A stretch of 64,000 nt of DNA from an uncultured Pelagibacteraceae bacterium (lineage in GTDB: Bacteria > Pseudomonadota > Alphaproteobacteria > Pelagibacterales > AG-422-B15), in NCBI GenBank assembly GCA_902523455.1, contig CABYZG010000003.1:1625-65624 (forward strand), given 5' to 3'. Position numbers and translations under genes: made by a program. Position 1 is the first letter of the stretch, and each line of letters starts with the position of its first letter. Positions 9,237 to 19,142 of this stretch are shown here, in pieces. The notes under the pieces are model-generated. The model worked only from the letters and a program-made list of their open reading frames with translations. It was not told the origin of the DNA and searched no databases.

Positions 9237-11603
9237 CTATAATGCCTGTAATTCCTTTGCAAAAGAAAAAGCTTTATATATTCGATCTTTATTTGATGTT
9301 TTTTGGTAATTATACACCAATGTTTGGTCTGATCTTAACTTTAAGTCATACTTATATTGAGACATAAATTCAACCAGTTGGTCTGTTTTTTCGAAATGAT
9401 TGTTTTTAAATTTTATAGTTAAACCTTTATTTCCAATATCAAATTTTTCTATTTTCAACTGTTTACATATAATTCTAAGCTCAGTGATGTTATACAGATG
9501 CTCAACCTCTTTAGGTGCTTCACCAAATCGCTCACTCATTTCTTCCTTAATTTTTCTTAATTCCTCACTCGAACTTAAGTAGGCAAGCTGCCGGTAATAA
9601 AACAGTCTAGTGTTTAAATTTGGCATATACTTTTCAGGTATTAAGACGCTTAAACCAAGATTTATTTGTGGAGACCACTCATTATCAACTGTCGATGTAT
9701 CTGATTTTAATTCCAATATCTTATCTTTTAGCAATTTATGGTAAAGTTCGAGACCAACTTCTCTAATATGCCCAGATTGAGCATCGCCTATAATGTTTCC
9801 TGATCCTCTCATATCTAAATCATGACTCGAAAGATTAAAACTTGAGCCTCTAGAATTAAATTTTTTAAGAAGCATAAGTCTTTTGTAAGCATTTTCAGTT
9901 ATTCCATTGATGTCTTTAACTGTATAAAAACAAAATGCTTCAATATTAGATCTGCCAATTCGTCCTCTTAACTGATAAAGTTGAGATAATCCAAATTTAT
10001 CAGAATTATGAATAATCATTGTGTTAGTTTTCTGCAAATCCAGACCCGACTCGACAATTGTGGTACACAGTAATAATTGAAATTCATTATTATAAAAATC
10101 AATCATCGTATTTTTAAGGTTTTTGGACGGCATTTGACCGTGGGCAATTTGATACTTTACATTTGGAAGTTTACTTTTTAAAAAATCCTCAACTTCTTTT
10201 AATTCGTTAATTCTTGGGCAGACATAATACACCTGGCCATTACGACATAATTCATATTCAATTGCAGAGATTATTTTTTCATCATTAAAATCAATAACTT
10301 CAGTATTTATATTTTGCCTATTTAATGGTGCTGTAGAAATAATTGACAAATCCCTGAGACCTACAAGTGACATTTGTAACGTGCGTGGTATTGGCGTAGC
10401 TGTTAAAGCAAGCACATGTACATTTGACCGCAATGACTTAATTTTTTCTTTTTGAGAAACTCCAAAGTGCTGCTCTTCATCAATAATCAGCATACCTAAT
10501 TTTTTAAATTTAATTTTACTGTTAAGAAGCGCATGTGTCCCAACAACTACATCACTTTCTCCACTATTAATTCTTTCAATAATTTTATTGTTTTCAGAAG
10601 TTGAGTTTAATCTTGAGATTTGGTCTATTTTCAATGGAAAGTTTTTGAATCTTTTTGTAAAATTTTCATAGTGTTGACTGCATAGTAGTGTTGTTGGAAC
10701 AATAAATGCAACTTGAGCACCGCTCATGGCTACGTTGAATGCTCCTCTTAATGCAACTTCTGTCTTACCAAAGCCAACATCGCCACATATCAAACGGTCC
10801 ATTGGAAGTCCACTGTTTAGATCAAACAGTAATTCTGATGTTACATTTGCTTGATCTTCGGTATCCTGAAATTCAAATTCATTTATAAAATTTGAATAAT
10901 AAGGTTCTTGAACGGTATATTTTGTCGCTTCTTTTAGAGATCTTTCTGCCGCAACTTTTATTAAATCTTCGGCAATTTCATTTATTTTATTTTTTGCGCT
11001 AGCTTTTCTAAATTGCCAATTTGAACTTCCAAGTTTATCAATTTGTGCGAATTCACTATTCCCACCGTACTTTGACAAAAGTTCAATATTCTCAACAGGT
11101 ACATAAAGTTTATCATTATTGAAATATGATATTTCAATGCAATCATGATCGTTTTCTAGGACAGTAACATTTTTTAATCCATTAAATTTTCCTATTCCAT
11201 GATCAACATGAACAATTAGATCATCTTGTTCAAAAGTACTTAGATCAGTTAAAAAAGTATCTGCTTTAATTGTTCGTTTGCTTTGATTGAAAGAGAACTC
11301 ATTAAAGGGTTTGATTATGAGTCTGAACAGACTTTGTATCGATTTTTGATTTTTAGGATTAAATTCTTCAAATTTTTCGATCTCATCACCAAATATGTTA
11401 ATACGAACTGGATTCTTGAAGTCTGTTGGAAAAATATCAATAACATCTCCTTTTACAGAGAATTCACCATTTTCACGAATTGAACTTACGCGTGCATAAC
11501 CATTGGCAGATAAATAGTTAATTGTTCTTTCATAATCAAATTTTTCATCAATGTTGATATTTAAATTCTCATTAACTTGAGTCTTTAAGCGTGGTTTCGT
11601 CAT
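9237..11603 (-). CDS. mfd: Transcription-repair coupling factor, N-terminally reduced (788 aa)
   Basis: UvrB-homology segment, RID (VHVDHGIG), CGDVGFGKTEV, DEEQHFGV, QLRGRIGR, DLDMRGSG, TRCF C-terminal domain. Confidence 0.92.
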   Translation of the reverse strand: MTKPRLKTQVNENLNINIDEKFDYERTINYLSANGYARVSSIRENGEFSVKGDVIDIFPTDFKNPVRINIFGDEIEKFEEFNPKNQKSIQSLFRLIIKPFNEFSFNQSKRTIKADTFLTDLSTFEQDDLIVHVDHGIGKFNGLKNVTVLENDHDCIEISYFNNDKLYVPVENIELLSKYGGNSEFAQIDKLGSSNWQFRKASAKNKINEIAEDLIKVAAERSLKEATKYTVQEPYYSNFINEFEFQDTEDQANVTSELLFDLNSGLPMDRLICGDVGFGKTEVALRGAFNVAMSGAQVAFIVPTTLLCSQHYENFTKRFKNFPLKIDQISRLNSTSENNKIIERINSGESDVVVGTHALLNSKIKFKKLGMLIIDEEQHFGVSQKEKIKSLRSNVHVLALTATPIPRTLQMSLVGLRDLSIISTAPLNRQNINTEVIDFNDEKIISAIEYELCRNGQVYYVCPRINELKEVEDFLKSKLPNVKYQIAHGQMPSKNLKNTMIDFYNNEFQLLLCTTIVESGLDLQKTNTMIIHNSDKFGLSQLYQLRGRIGRSNIEAFCFYTVKDINGITENAYKRLMLLKKFNSRGSSFNLSSHDLDMRGSGNIIGDAQSGHIREVGLELYHKLLKDKILELKSDTSTVDNEWSPQINLGLSVLIPEKYMPNLNTRLFYYRQLAYLSSSEELRKIKEEMSERFGEAPKEVEHLYNITELRIICKQLKIEKFDIGNKGLTIKFKNNHFEKTDQLVEFMSQYKYDLKLRSDQTLVYNYQKTSNKDRIYKAFSFAKELQAL

Positions 11604-11863
11604 TTTTTAAGCATCGTAAAATCTTTGAGTAAATGCATGACGCGATTGTCAATTTCTTTTGGAATTGTCACCTTATCTAGCGCATATCGATATATGTCAT
11701 TATCATCAAGTTCTAATATAGTCTCTAACATTTGAAGCTCACCTTCATTAAACAATTTGATGTATTTCTCAACAAAAGATCCCAAGAGAATATCCATTTC
11801 CTTTGACCCCCGATGGGAGGATTTAAACTGAAGCTTTTTTTGAAGTGTATGTAAATCGTTCAT
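11600..11863 (-). CDS. sdhE: Succinate dehydrogenase assembly factor 2 (FAD assembly)
   Basis: HRGSKEMDILLG motif; conserved position between mfd and recG. Confidence 0.9.
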   Translation of the reverse strand: MNDLHTLQKKLQFKSSHRGSKEMDILLGSFVEKYIKLFNEGELQMLETILELDDNDIYRYALDKVTIPKEIDNRVMHLLKDFTMLKK

Positions 11864-11896
11864 ATTTTTTTTATCGATCTTTGATACAATACATAT

Positions 11897-13954
11897 ATGA
11901 GGCCAAAGATCTTATACAAGCTTTTTTCAAATATAATGACGATAAAAGGGATTGGACCAAAGAACGCTAAAATAATCGAGAGATTATGTGGTAAATATAT
12001 TGTTGATTTATTATTTCATAAACCAGCCGCATACATAGACAGAAGAAACAGTCCTAAAATTATTGATTTGGAAGAAGGAAGCATTGCAACTGTCGTTGTT
12101 AAAATTGATAGTCACACTCCTGCTTTCAATAGAAGAATGCCATATCGAGTTAATGTCTCAGATGGCAGCGGACAAATGTCAATCGTCTATTTTAATCTAC
12201 GAGGTCCATACATAAAAAAAATCTTACCGATCGGTAGCACTAGGGTTATAAGTGGTAAAATTGAAAAATTTAACGATTTGTATCAAATTACGCATCCTCA
12301 TCATGTAGTTGATATTAAAAACTTAGATTCTGTTAAAAAGATTGAGTGTGTTTACCCTTTAACAGCAGGAATGACATCTAAAATTATACAAAAATCAATT
12401 AATTCTGCATTAAGTATGGTTGATGAATTGCCTGAATGGATACCTGAGAAGGTTTTAGAAAGAAACAAATGGCCATCATGGAAAGACTCTATTTATCAAA
12501 TGCATAATCCTAAAGATGTGAAGGAAAATGATGATAATAAATATATAGAACGGCTTGTTTTTGATGAGCTGTTCTCTCAACAGTTAACAATTAGATTAAT
12601 TAAAAACAAAATTAGTCATAAAAATGGAATTTCACTTCCTAAAAAAAATAAATTATCAAAACAATTAAGAGATCAATTGAAATTTCAACTCACTGGTGAT
12701 CAAGAAACAACTATTGAAGAAATTTCAAACGATCAAGAAGGTTCAAGTAAAATGTTAAGACTTCTGCAAGGAGATGTAGGTAGCGGGAAAACCATTGTTG
12801 CATTATTTGCAATGATGCAATGCATTGAAAATAATAAAAGATCAGTTTTAATGGCACCAACAGAAATTCTTGCTGAGCAGCATTTTAATACAATCAAAGA
12901 ATTTATCAGTGATTTAAACCTAACATGTTCACTAATTACATCTTCAAATAAAAATAATCATAATTTTGAAGCTGACATTATTATCGGAACACATGCATTA
13001 TTTCAGCAAAAAGTAACCTTTGAAAACATTGGCTTGGTTGTCATTGATGAACAGCATAAGTTTGGAGTATACCAAAGGATTTTATTAAATGAAAAAGCAG
13101 GAAATAGTTGTGACATCTTATTGATGACCGCTACTCCTATACCTCGAACGATGGAATTGGCAGCTTATGGAGATATGGATATATCCAAAATTTCTGAAAA
13201 ACCTAAAAACAGAAAGGAAATAATTACCAAATCAATCAATATCAATAAAATTGACCAACTAAAAGAAAGCCTTACAAAAATATTAAATAAGAAACAAAAG
13301 ATTTATTGGGTATGCCCTTTAATTGATGAATCTGAAAAACTTCAATTGCAATCAGTCAACTCAAGAGTCAATGACTTAAAAAAATATTACTCATCAAACA
13401 ATGTTGGTTTAGTTCACGGTCAAATGTCACAAGAAGAAAAAAACGATGTCATGTCAAAGTTTAAAGATAATAAAATAGATATTTTAGTCGCAACATCAGT
13501 AATAGAAGTAGGAATAGACGACCCTGATGCAACTGTGATGATTATTGAGAATTCTGAGAGGTATGGCCTTTCACAACTTCATCAACTTCGAGGAAGAGTT
13601 GGTAGAGGAAATGTACAGTCAACGTGCATATTACTTTTTGAGGGGCCACTCACCGATAATGCTAAACGAAGATTAAAAGTGATGAAGGAAACAAACGATG
13701 GTTTCTTAATCGCTGAAGAAGACCTTGATATTCGAGGTGCTGGGGAAATATTAGGCTCAAAACAAAGTGGTATTCCAAATTTTAGACTATCAAATCTAGA
13801 CAAGCATAAGCATATACTCGAGGAAGCGAGAGGCGTTGCCATGGATATCGTTAAAGAAGATCCGGATTTGAAAAAATCTGCGGGCAAAGCACAAAGGACA
13901 CTTTTGCATCTATTTAGAAATCAAGTTGCAATCGATTATTTAAAAACTGGCTAA
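11897..13954 (+). CDS. recG: ATP-dependent DNA helicase RecG
   Basis: OB wedge, LQGDVGSGKT, DEQHKFGV, MTATPIPRT, QLRGRVGRG, DLDIRGAGE. Confidence 0.95.
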   Translation: MRPKILYKLFSNIMTIKGIGPKNAKIIERLCGKYIVDLLFHKPAAYIDRRNSPKIIDLEEGSIATVVVKIDSHTPAFNRRMPYRVNVSDGSGQMSIVYFNLRGPYIKKILPIGSTRVISGKIEKFNDLYQITHPHHVVDIKNLDSVKKIECVYPLTAGMTSKIIQKSINSALSMVDELPEWIPEKVLERNKWPSWKDSIYQMHNPKDVKENDDNKYIERLVFDELFSQQLTIRLIKNKISHKNGISLPKKNKLSKQLRDQLKFQLTGDQETTIEEISNDQEGSSKMLRLLQGDVGSGKTIVALFAMMQCIENNKRSVLMAPTEILAEQHFNTIKEFISDLNLTCSLITSSNKNNHNFEADIIIGTHALFQQKVTFENIGLVVIDEQHKFGVYQRILLNEKAGNSCDILLMTATPIPRTMELAAYGDMDISKISEKPKNRKEIITKSININKIDQLKESLTKILNKKQKIYWVCPLIDESEKLQLQSVNSRVNDLKKYYSSNNVGLVHGQMSQEEKNDVMSKFKDNKIDILVATSVIEVGIDDPDATVMIIENSERYGLSQLHQLRGRVGRGNVQSTCILLFEGPLTDNAKRRLKVMKETNDGFLIAEEDLDIRGAGEILGSKQSGIPNFRLSNLDKHKHILEEARGVAMDIVKEDPDLKKSAGKAQRTLLHLFRNQVAIDYLKTG

Positions 13955-14593
13955 TTATTTCCTTGGTGGTACCACCATGCCTGCTGATACAACCAATTTA
14001 ATCGCATCTTCAACAGACATATCAAGTTCAACGATATCATCTTTAGGTATGAAGAGTAAAAACCCTGAGGTAGGATTTGGTGTGGTTGGAACAAATACAT
14101 TGACCATTTCTATTTTCTGTCTTTCCTTAATTTCACCTTTTGTCTCACCTGTCATAAAGCCAATTGCATATATATCTTTTCTTGGATACTCGATGAGAAC
14201 AACTTTTTGATATGCTGAATCAGTATTTGAGAATGTCTCAGTGATCTGCTTGATAGCTTTATAGACATTGCCGGCTAATGGAATACGTGTGATAAGATTG
14301 TCAAAATAACCAAGAATGGCTTTTCCAAATAAGGTTGAAAATATTAGACCGATTAAGATAAAAGATAGAAATGCTATAATTAATTCAAGGCCAGGAATTT
14401 TATAGCCAATGATTTCAGGTAGCAGCCCATTTGGGTTAAATCTGTCTGGAACCAGACCAGCAATAAATTCGACAATAAATATTGTAATGTAAATCGTCGC
14501 TCCAATTGGCGCCGATATTAAAAGACCTGTAAAAAAATACCTTTTAATAAAATTAATGACTGGGTTTCCTTTTTTCTTATTTGCATCTGCCAT
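13955..14593 (-). CDS. DUF502 family membrane protein
   Basis: VFVPTTPNPTSGF, MSVEDAIKLVVSAG. Confidence 0.92.
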   Translation of the reverse strand: MADANKKKGNPVINFIKRYFFTGLLISAPIGATIYITIFIVEFIAGLVPDRFNPNGLLPEIIGYKIPGLELIIAFLSFILIGLIFSTLFGKAILGYFDNLITRIPLAGNVYKAIKQITETFSNTDSAYQKVVLIEYPRKDIYAIGFMTGETKGEIKERQKIEMVNVFVPTTPNPTSGFLLFIPKDDIVELDMSVEDAIKLVVSAGMVVPPRK

Positions 14594-14667
14594 AGGTTTT
14601 AAATAGACTGAATCATTAAAAAAATTTTAAAGAGATTATCATATTTTTGGGGTTAATATAATCAATA

Positions 14668-16170
14668 ATGGCTATTTTCAAAGAATATACAAATTATGAT
14701 GGTTTGGGCATAGCCGAATTAATTAGAAATAAAGAAATATCCCCTATTGATCCTCTTGATAGTGCCATTGATCTAATTGAAAAACTGAACCCTAAATTAA
14801 ATGCAGTGCATCGTACAATGTATCACTATGCATTCGAGTCAATAAATAGAAACAAAGAATTAAATGGAACTTTTATTGGAGTTCCTTTTCTTATGAAAGA
14901 TATGGATAGTTCTTTAGCTAACTATCACATGATGCAAGGCAGTAAGTATTTAAAAAATACTAAAATGCCTTACGACAATCACCTCACAAGACAATTTAGA
15001 GAAACTGGTGCTGTTATATGTGGAAAATCTGCAACACCTGAATACGGTCTCATGGTTACAACTGAGCCAACTGAATTTGGCCCAACAAGAAATCCTTGGG
15101 ATACCAATAGAACGACAGGTGGTTCAAGTGGTGGTGCGGCTTCAGCTGTTTCAAGTCGCATAGTTCCTATTGCGCATGCAAGTGATGGTGGCGGATCAAT
15201 TCGAATTCCTGCAGCATCATGCGGTCTGGTTGGATTAAAGCCTAATAGAGCAAGAACATCATTCGCACCTTCTCACGGTGACAAATGGGGAGGTCTTACC
15301 CACTCCGGTATTGTTTCTCGAACAGTCAGAGACACAGCTTATATGTATGATTGTTTGTTCGGAAATGTTGTGGGTGATCCTTATGGCATTCCATACAAAA
15401 AAGGTTCTCTTGTTGAAGCTCTAAGTAAAAAAAATAAACTTAAGATTGGATTTAATCTTAAAAGTCCTGTTGGAATTGAACCTTACTCTGATGCAATTGA
15501 AGCAATTAAATTCAACGCCAAATTATGTGAAGACTTAGGACACGATGTTGAAGAAATGAATTTCAGTTATGACGGACTTCTTGCTGCAAGAGCATTTACA
15601 ATAACTATATCATCTCATGTAACCCAGATGTTTAATGAATTGAAAGATGTTGTTGGAAGAGGATTTAAGAAAAATGAAGTTGAAACTGCAACTAGACTAT
15701 TTAATTATTTGGGAAAAAGTTTCAGAGCAAGTGACTACACTTGGGCGCGTTATACTATGCAGAAGATTGCTCGATCAGTAATGGAAGAAACTGATAAGTA
15801 CGATGTAGTCTTGACTCCTATCATATCTCAGAAACCTCCTCTCATTGGCGAAATTAGACCAAACAAGCAAGCAAGTATTTTAAGTGAAATTATTATGACT
15901 TTAAAATTGGGTTGGGTATTTCGTATTCAATCAATAAGAGACTCAATTCTTAATAACTTAGCACCTGAGAGTTTATGGTACTCGCCTGATGCAATGTTGC
16001 AAAACATCACTGGGCAACCATCAATTTCATTACCAACATATTGGACTAGTGACAATCTACCTTTAGGCGTACAATTTACATCTAGATATGCAGATGAAGA
16101 AACATTAATTTCTCTGGCTGCTCAATTAGAAGAAGCATCGCCGTGGATAGACAAAATACCTAACGTATAA
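14668..16170 (+). CDS. Amidase signature family enzyme
   Basis: GVPFLMKD, GGSSGG, ASDGGGSIRIPA, LPLGVQF. Confidence 0.92.
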   Translation: MAIFKEYTNYDGLGIAELIRNKEISPIDPLDSAIDLIEKLNPKLNAVHRTMYHYAFESINRNKELNGTFIGVPFLMKDMDSSLANYHMMQGSKYLKNTKMPYDNHLTRQFRETGAVICGKSATPEYGLMVTTEPTEFGPTRNPWDTNRTTGGSSGGAASAVSSRIVPIAHASDGGGSIRIPAASCGLVGLKPNRARTSFAPSHGDKWGGLTHSGIVSRTVRDTAYMYDCLFGNVVGDPYGIPYKKGSLVEALSKKNKLKIGFNLKSPVGIEPYSDAIEAIKFNAKLCEDLGHDVEEMNFSYDGLLAARAFTITISSHVTQMFNELKDVVGRGFKKNEVETATRLFNYLGKSFRASDYTWARYTMQKIARSVMEETDKYDVVLTPIISQKPPLIGEIRPNKQASILSEIIMTLKLGWVFRIQSIRDSILNNLAPESLWYSPDAMLQNITGQPSISLPTYWTSDNLPLGVQFTSRYADEETLISLAAQLEEASPWIDKIPNV

Positions 16171-16171
16171 T

Positions 16172-16876
16172 TTAGCTCAGCTGCTTTAGTTTTTGAAATC
16201 CAAATGTAAACATAAACATTGAGACTAGCATGGCAATGACAATAAGTTTTTGTAAGATTACATTAAGCCTAAGTATGTCCATTGAAACAAATCTAACAAA
16301 GTTATCTCGATCATTTACTGGGTCAATTTGAGGCATATCCCCCATGAAAATGATATAAGCAACAACACTAGCGAGAAGCAAAAAAGCACCAATTGTATAA
16401 ATGTTGCTAGCTTTACTGAAATAAAAGGCCAACATTAGAAATAATACGCCAGGCAAAGTAAGTCGAAATGCAGTGAAAACGGCAAATACGTGTGCATTAA
16501 AATATAAATCGCCAGGAGTTAGACCCACCATTGCATAAAAAATAGTTGAAAGAAATATACAAATCGCACCTAACCAAGCAAAAATATAAGCCTTTTTATT
16601 TTCTTTAAAAAAGAATGGCATAAATAGAAATCCAAAACCTTGGGCAACAAATAAAAACATTGCACTGTTAAAGAAAAAAGCAGATAGAAAATTAATATCG
16701 TCAGAAAAAGTTTTATAGAAACCTAATTCACTGAAAAAATTTCGCGTAAAATCATAGCCAACTTGTGTGCTATCAAGGTGATTTCCACCCGGAAAGAGAA
16801 TTATCGCCACAAGATTCGCTAGTATAAAATACACAATTACAAATCGAGGAATATGAACTGCCCAAAAAGTATTCAT
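16172..16876 (-). CDS. Hypothetical membrane protein (DUF998-like)
   Basis: Multiple TM helices; FPGG...NFFSELG motif. Confidence 0.6.
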   Translation of the reverse strand: MNTFWAVHIPRFVIVYFILANLVAIILFPGGNHLDSTQVGYDFTRNFFSELGFYKTFSDDINFLSAFFFNSAMFLFVAQGFGFLFMPFFFKENKKAYIFAWLGAICIFLSTIFYAMVGLTPGDLYFNAHVFAVFTAFRLTLPGVLFLMLAFYFSKASNIYTIGAFLLLASVVAYIIFMGDMPQIDPVNDRDNFVRFVSMDILRLNVILQKLIVIAMLVSMFMFTFGFQKLKQLS

Positions 16877-16962
16877 AATTTATGCTGAAAAACTGGAGTA
16901 TAATATAAAAACAACGAACGCAGCCACCATCACGTACATTATTTTATTGTCAAGATTCATGA

Positions 16963-17325
16963 GTGAAATATAATATCGAACATATGGAAAATCCACAAAG
17001 ATATACAAATTATAATGATTTTTTTCCTTTCTATCTAAGAGAGCATAGTAAGAAAAGTACGAGAGTAATGCATTATTTTGGAACAATTGGCTATCAAGTA
17101 TTGTTCTGGTCACTTTTGCTAACTCAAAATTACTTGTTTTTACCACTAATCTTACTCGCGGGTTATGGGCCAGCGTGGATTGGACATTTCTTTTTAGAGA
17201 AAAATAAACCGGCTACGTTTAAATATCCTTTGTGGTCACTCATTGGTGATCACCATATGGCTTATTTGATGCTTACAGGTAAACTTAAGAAAAGATTATC
17301 TGAAGCTGGTGTGTCAGCTACTTAA
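16963..17325 (+). CDS. DUF962 / Mpo1-like protein
   Basis: FFPFYLREH, RVMHYFG, GYGPAWIGHFFLEKNKPATF. Confidence 0.88.
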   Translation: MKYNIEHMENPQRYTNYNDFFPFYLREHSKKSTRVMHYFGTIGYQVLFWSLLLTQNYLFLPLILLAGYGPAWIGHFFLEKNKPATFKYPLWSLIGDHHMAYLMLTGKLKKRLSEAGVSAT

Positions 17326-17736
17326 AACATAATACGCTGTTCCAAGAAACAATAACAACAAAGCAGTTTGAGAAAAAATCCATATGGCGCCTCTTGCTGC
17401 AGTGTTGTTGAAACAGATATGTACAATGGAATGGATCACTCTAAATAATAAATATAACCATGCACAAATTAGCAAAAAAGTGCTTTCAATTTCAATAAAT
17501 ATGATAACCCCGATTAGAAAATAAAAAATAACTGAAAACTCAAATATATTTGAAATATTATTTTTTATGATTTTTAAATGTAGCGGCGCATCTTTATAAG
17601 GCTCAATAGGAATTCCACTTTCCTCCCAGTCCTTGCCTTTACCCATTAAATTAACTGATGCTATTGTATGAATTAATCCAATAACAAAAGTTAATAAAAT
17701 AAGCCCAAGTGCTGGAACTAAAATATTAGTTAACAT
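17314..17736 (-). CDS. MAPEG family membrane protein (copy 2)
   Basis: NNISNIFEFSVIFY, RVIHSIVH; probable start MLTNIL at 17736 overlapping the upstream TGA. Confidence 0.75.
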   Translation of the reverse strand: MLTNILVPALGLILLTFVIGLIHTIASVNLMGKGKDWEESGIPIEPYKDAPLHLKIIKNNISNIFEFSVIFYFLIGVIIFIEIESTFLLICAWLYLLFRVIHSIVHICFNNTAARGAIWIFSQTALLLLFLGTAYYVLSS

Positions 17737-18173
17737 CAGATCATTAAAGAACAGGCTCGATAAGCCATCCATGCTAGGATAATCGTAGAGGGTAACCAAA
17801 ATAGCGTTCTAACTGGTAATGCAACACCAGGTATGATTTTATTATAAAATATGTGAACGATTGAGTGTAGAACTCTTAACCAAAAGAACCATGTTGCTAA
17901 CAACATAAAATACTCATCAACTGTTCCCGTTACATAAATCATAATGCAAACAGCGTAAAAGAAGATTGGAAATTCGAATAAATTTGTCAAATTTCGCTGA
18001 CTATTTTGAATTAATTCGCTGCCGTTTTCAAATGTGGGTATTTTAAAATCATCTTCTGTATTCTGCTTATCGATGACAATGGCCTTTAGTCTAAGCACTG
18101 TCCCAAAGGCAAAAACAGCCAAAGAAAGCCACAGCATATTGATGACTGGCTCAAAAATTAATTCGGGTTGCAT
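17736..18173 (-). CDS. MAPEG family membrane protein (copy 1)
   Basis: RNLTNLFEFPIFFY, RVLHSIVH; probable start MQPEL at 18173. Confidence 0.78.
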   Translation of the reverse strand: MQPELIFEPVINMLWLSLAVFAFGTVLRLKAIVIDKQNTEDDFKIPTFENGSELIQNSQRNLTNLFEFPIFFYAVCIMIYVTGTVDEYFMLLATWFFWLRVLHSIVHIFYNKIIPGVALPVRTLFWLPSTIILAWMAYRACSLMI

Positions 18174-18224
18174 AATAAACTCCTTGATTGAAATAAGAAT
18201 CCAGTAAATTATATATACTAATAC

Positions 18225-18394
18225 AGTTTTAACCATATTTAATGAAAGGAGGTGGTCTATGTCTATAGGTAGTATAGAGGAGCTTTGCTCGAGTAGTGAA
18301 ATTCCATGTGATTGTAGATGTGGAAACCTCCACTTTTTGAGTGGAGCTCCGTTTTAACTACATTAAGCCTCCATTAATTTGGGGGCTTTTTTTT
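18225..18394 (+). ncRNA. Candidate ~170-nt structured RNA carrying a 32-codon sORF (18259..18357)
   Basis: Putative TTGAAA-18-TATATA promoter, extended SD, nested helices, intrinsic terminator; GC-richer than flanks. Confidence 0.4.
18365..18394. terminator. Intrinsic terminator
   Basis: AAGCCTCC-ATTAATTT-GGGGGCTT followed by a T-run. Confidence 0.75.
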
Positions 18395-18761
18395 AGATCT
18401 TTAAATTTGGTTTAAATTTTCTTGTTTTATTTTTGTCATTGATAGCAACGTAGGAAAACTCCCCTACCGCCACTTCAACTTCCTTTTGATTCATTTCAGA
18501 ACGCATTGCGGTAATTTTGAATATCATTTTCGACTGCTTTACGGATACAATTGATCCGTAAACATTGACAAATTTACCAACATGCATTGGATTTTTATAT
18601 TTAACTTTAGATTCCACTAATACGGCATTTCCTTTTGAAACAAGCTGAGTCATATAAATACCTCCATGAGCCATTTGTTTAACGATCCAGGCTCCATGAG
18701 CCGTTCCATAAGGATTGCTATCCGGTGGTTGACATATATTTCTAATTAAAAGTTTACTCAT
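18393..18761 (-). CDS. Acyl-CoA thioesterase, hotdog fold (YciA-like)
   Basis: NPYGTAHGAWIVKQM, PMHVG, FSYVAINDKNK. Confidence 0.8.
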   Translation of the reverse strand: MSKLLIRNICQPPDSNPYGTAHGAWIVKQMAHGGIYMTQLVSKGNAVLVESKVKYKNPMHVGKFVNVYGSIVSVKQSKMIFKITAMRSEMNQKEVEVAVGEFSYVAINDKNKTRKFKPNLKI

Positions 18762-19116
18762 TTTTTTTTCTTAAATAACTTATTAGATAAATAGCTGATA
18801 CACAACCAACTATATTTGCAAAACCTTCCATTATTACAAAATCACGAAACGGTATAAAAAAATGTATAAACTCAATAAAAACACTTGTGATCAGGGCTAA
18901 GCTGATACCAAATACAAAGTCATTGTTTTTATTGTAAGCGAGTTGAGCCAAGGCGCCGAGTATGAAAAATGAGATAAAGTGTATTCCATAGTCAGTAATA
19001 AAATTTGCTACTTCTCTTACTGTAGAGTCAGAAGGCACAGGTCTCACATATGAATAATAAAGATAAAATAAATAAAAAAAGAAGATTAGTCGAAGAGGAT
19101 TTGCTAAAATGCTCAT
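18754..19116 (-). CDS. VanZ-like membrane protein
   Basis: HFISFFILG, IEFIHFFIPFR, ANIVG. Confidence 0.75.
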   Translation of the reverse strand: MSILANPLRLIFFFYLFYLYYSYVRPVPSDSTVREVANFITDYGIHFISFFILGALAQLAYNKNNDFVFGISLALITSVFIEFIHFFIPFRDFVIMEGFANIVGCVSAIYLISYLRKKNE

Positions 19117-19142
19117 GAACGTACTATAAGTTTATATATAAA

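Noticed and set aside
11600-11900. Frameshifted or missing N-terminal part of mfd
   Set aside because: Intact sdhE occupies the upstream space and overlaps the mfd start, so the short form is an in-frame feature
16036-16050. Partial inverted third copy of the 23-bp repeat core (TTGGACTAGT)
   Set aside because: Only 10 nt match and it lies inside the amidase CDS; expected by chance
18225-18394. 6S RNA assignment for the structured element
   Set aside because: The size fits, but there is no symmetric central bubble and no neighbouring ygfA; left as unknown
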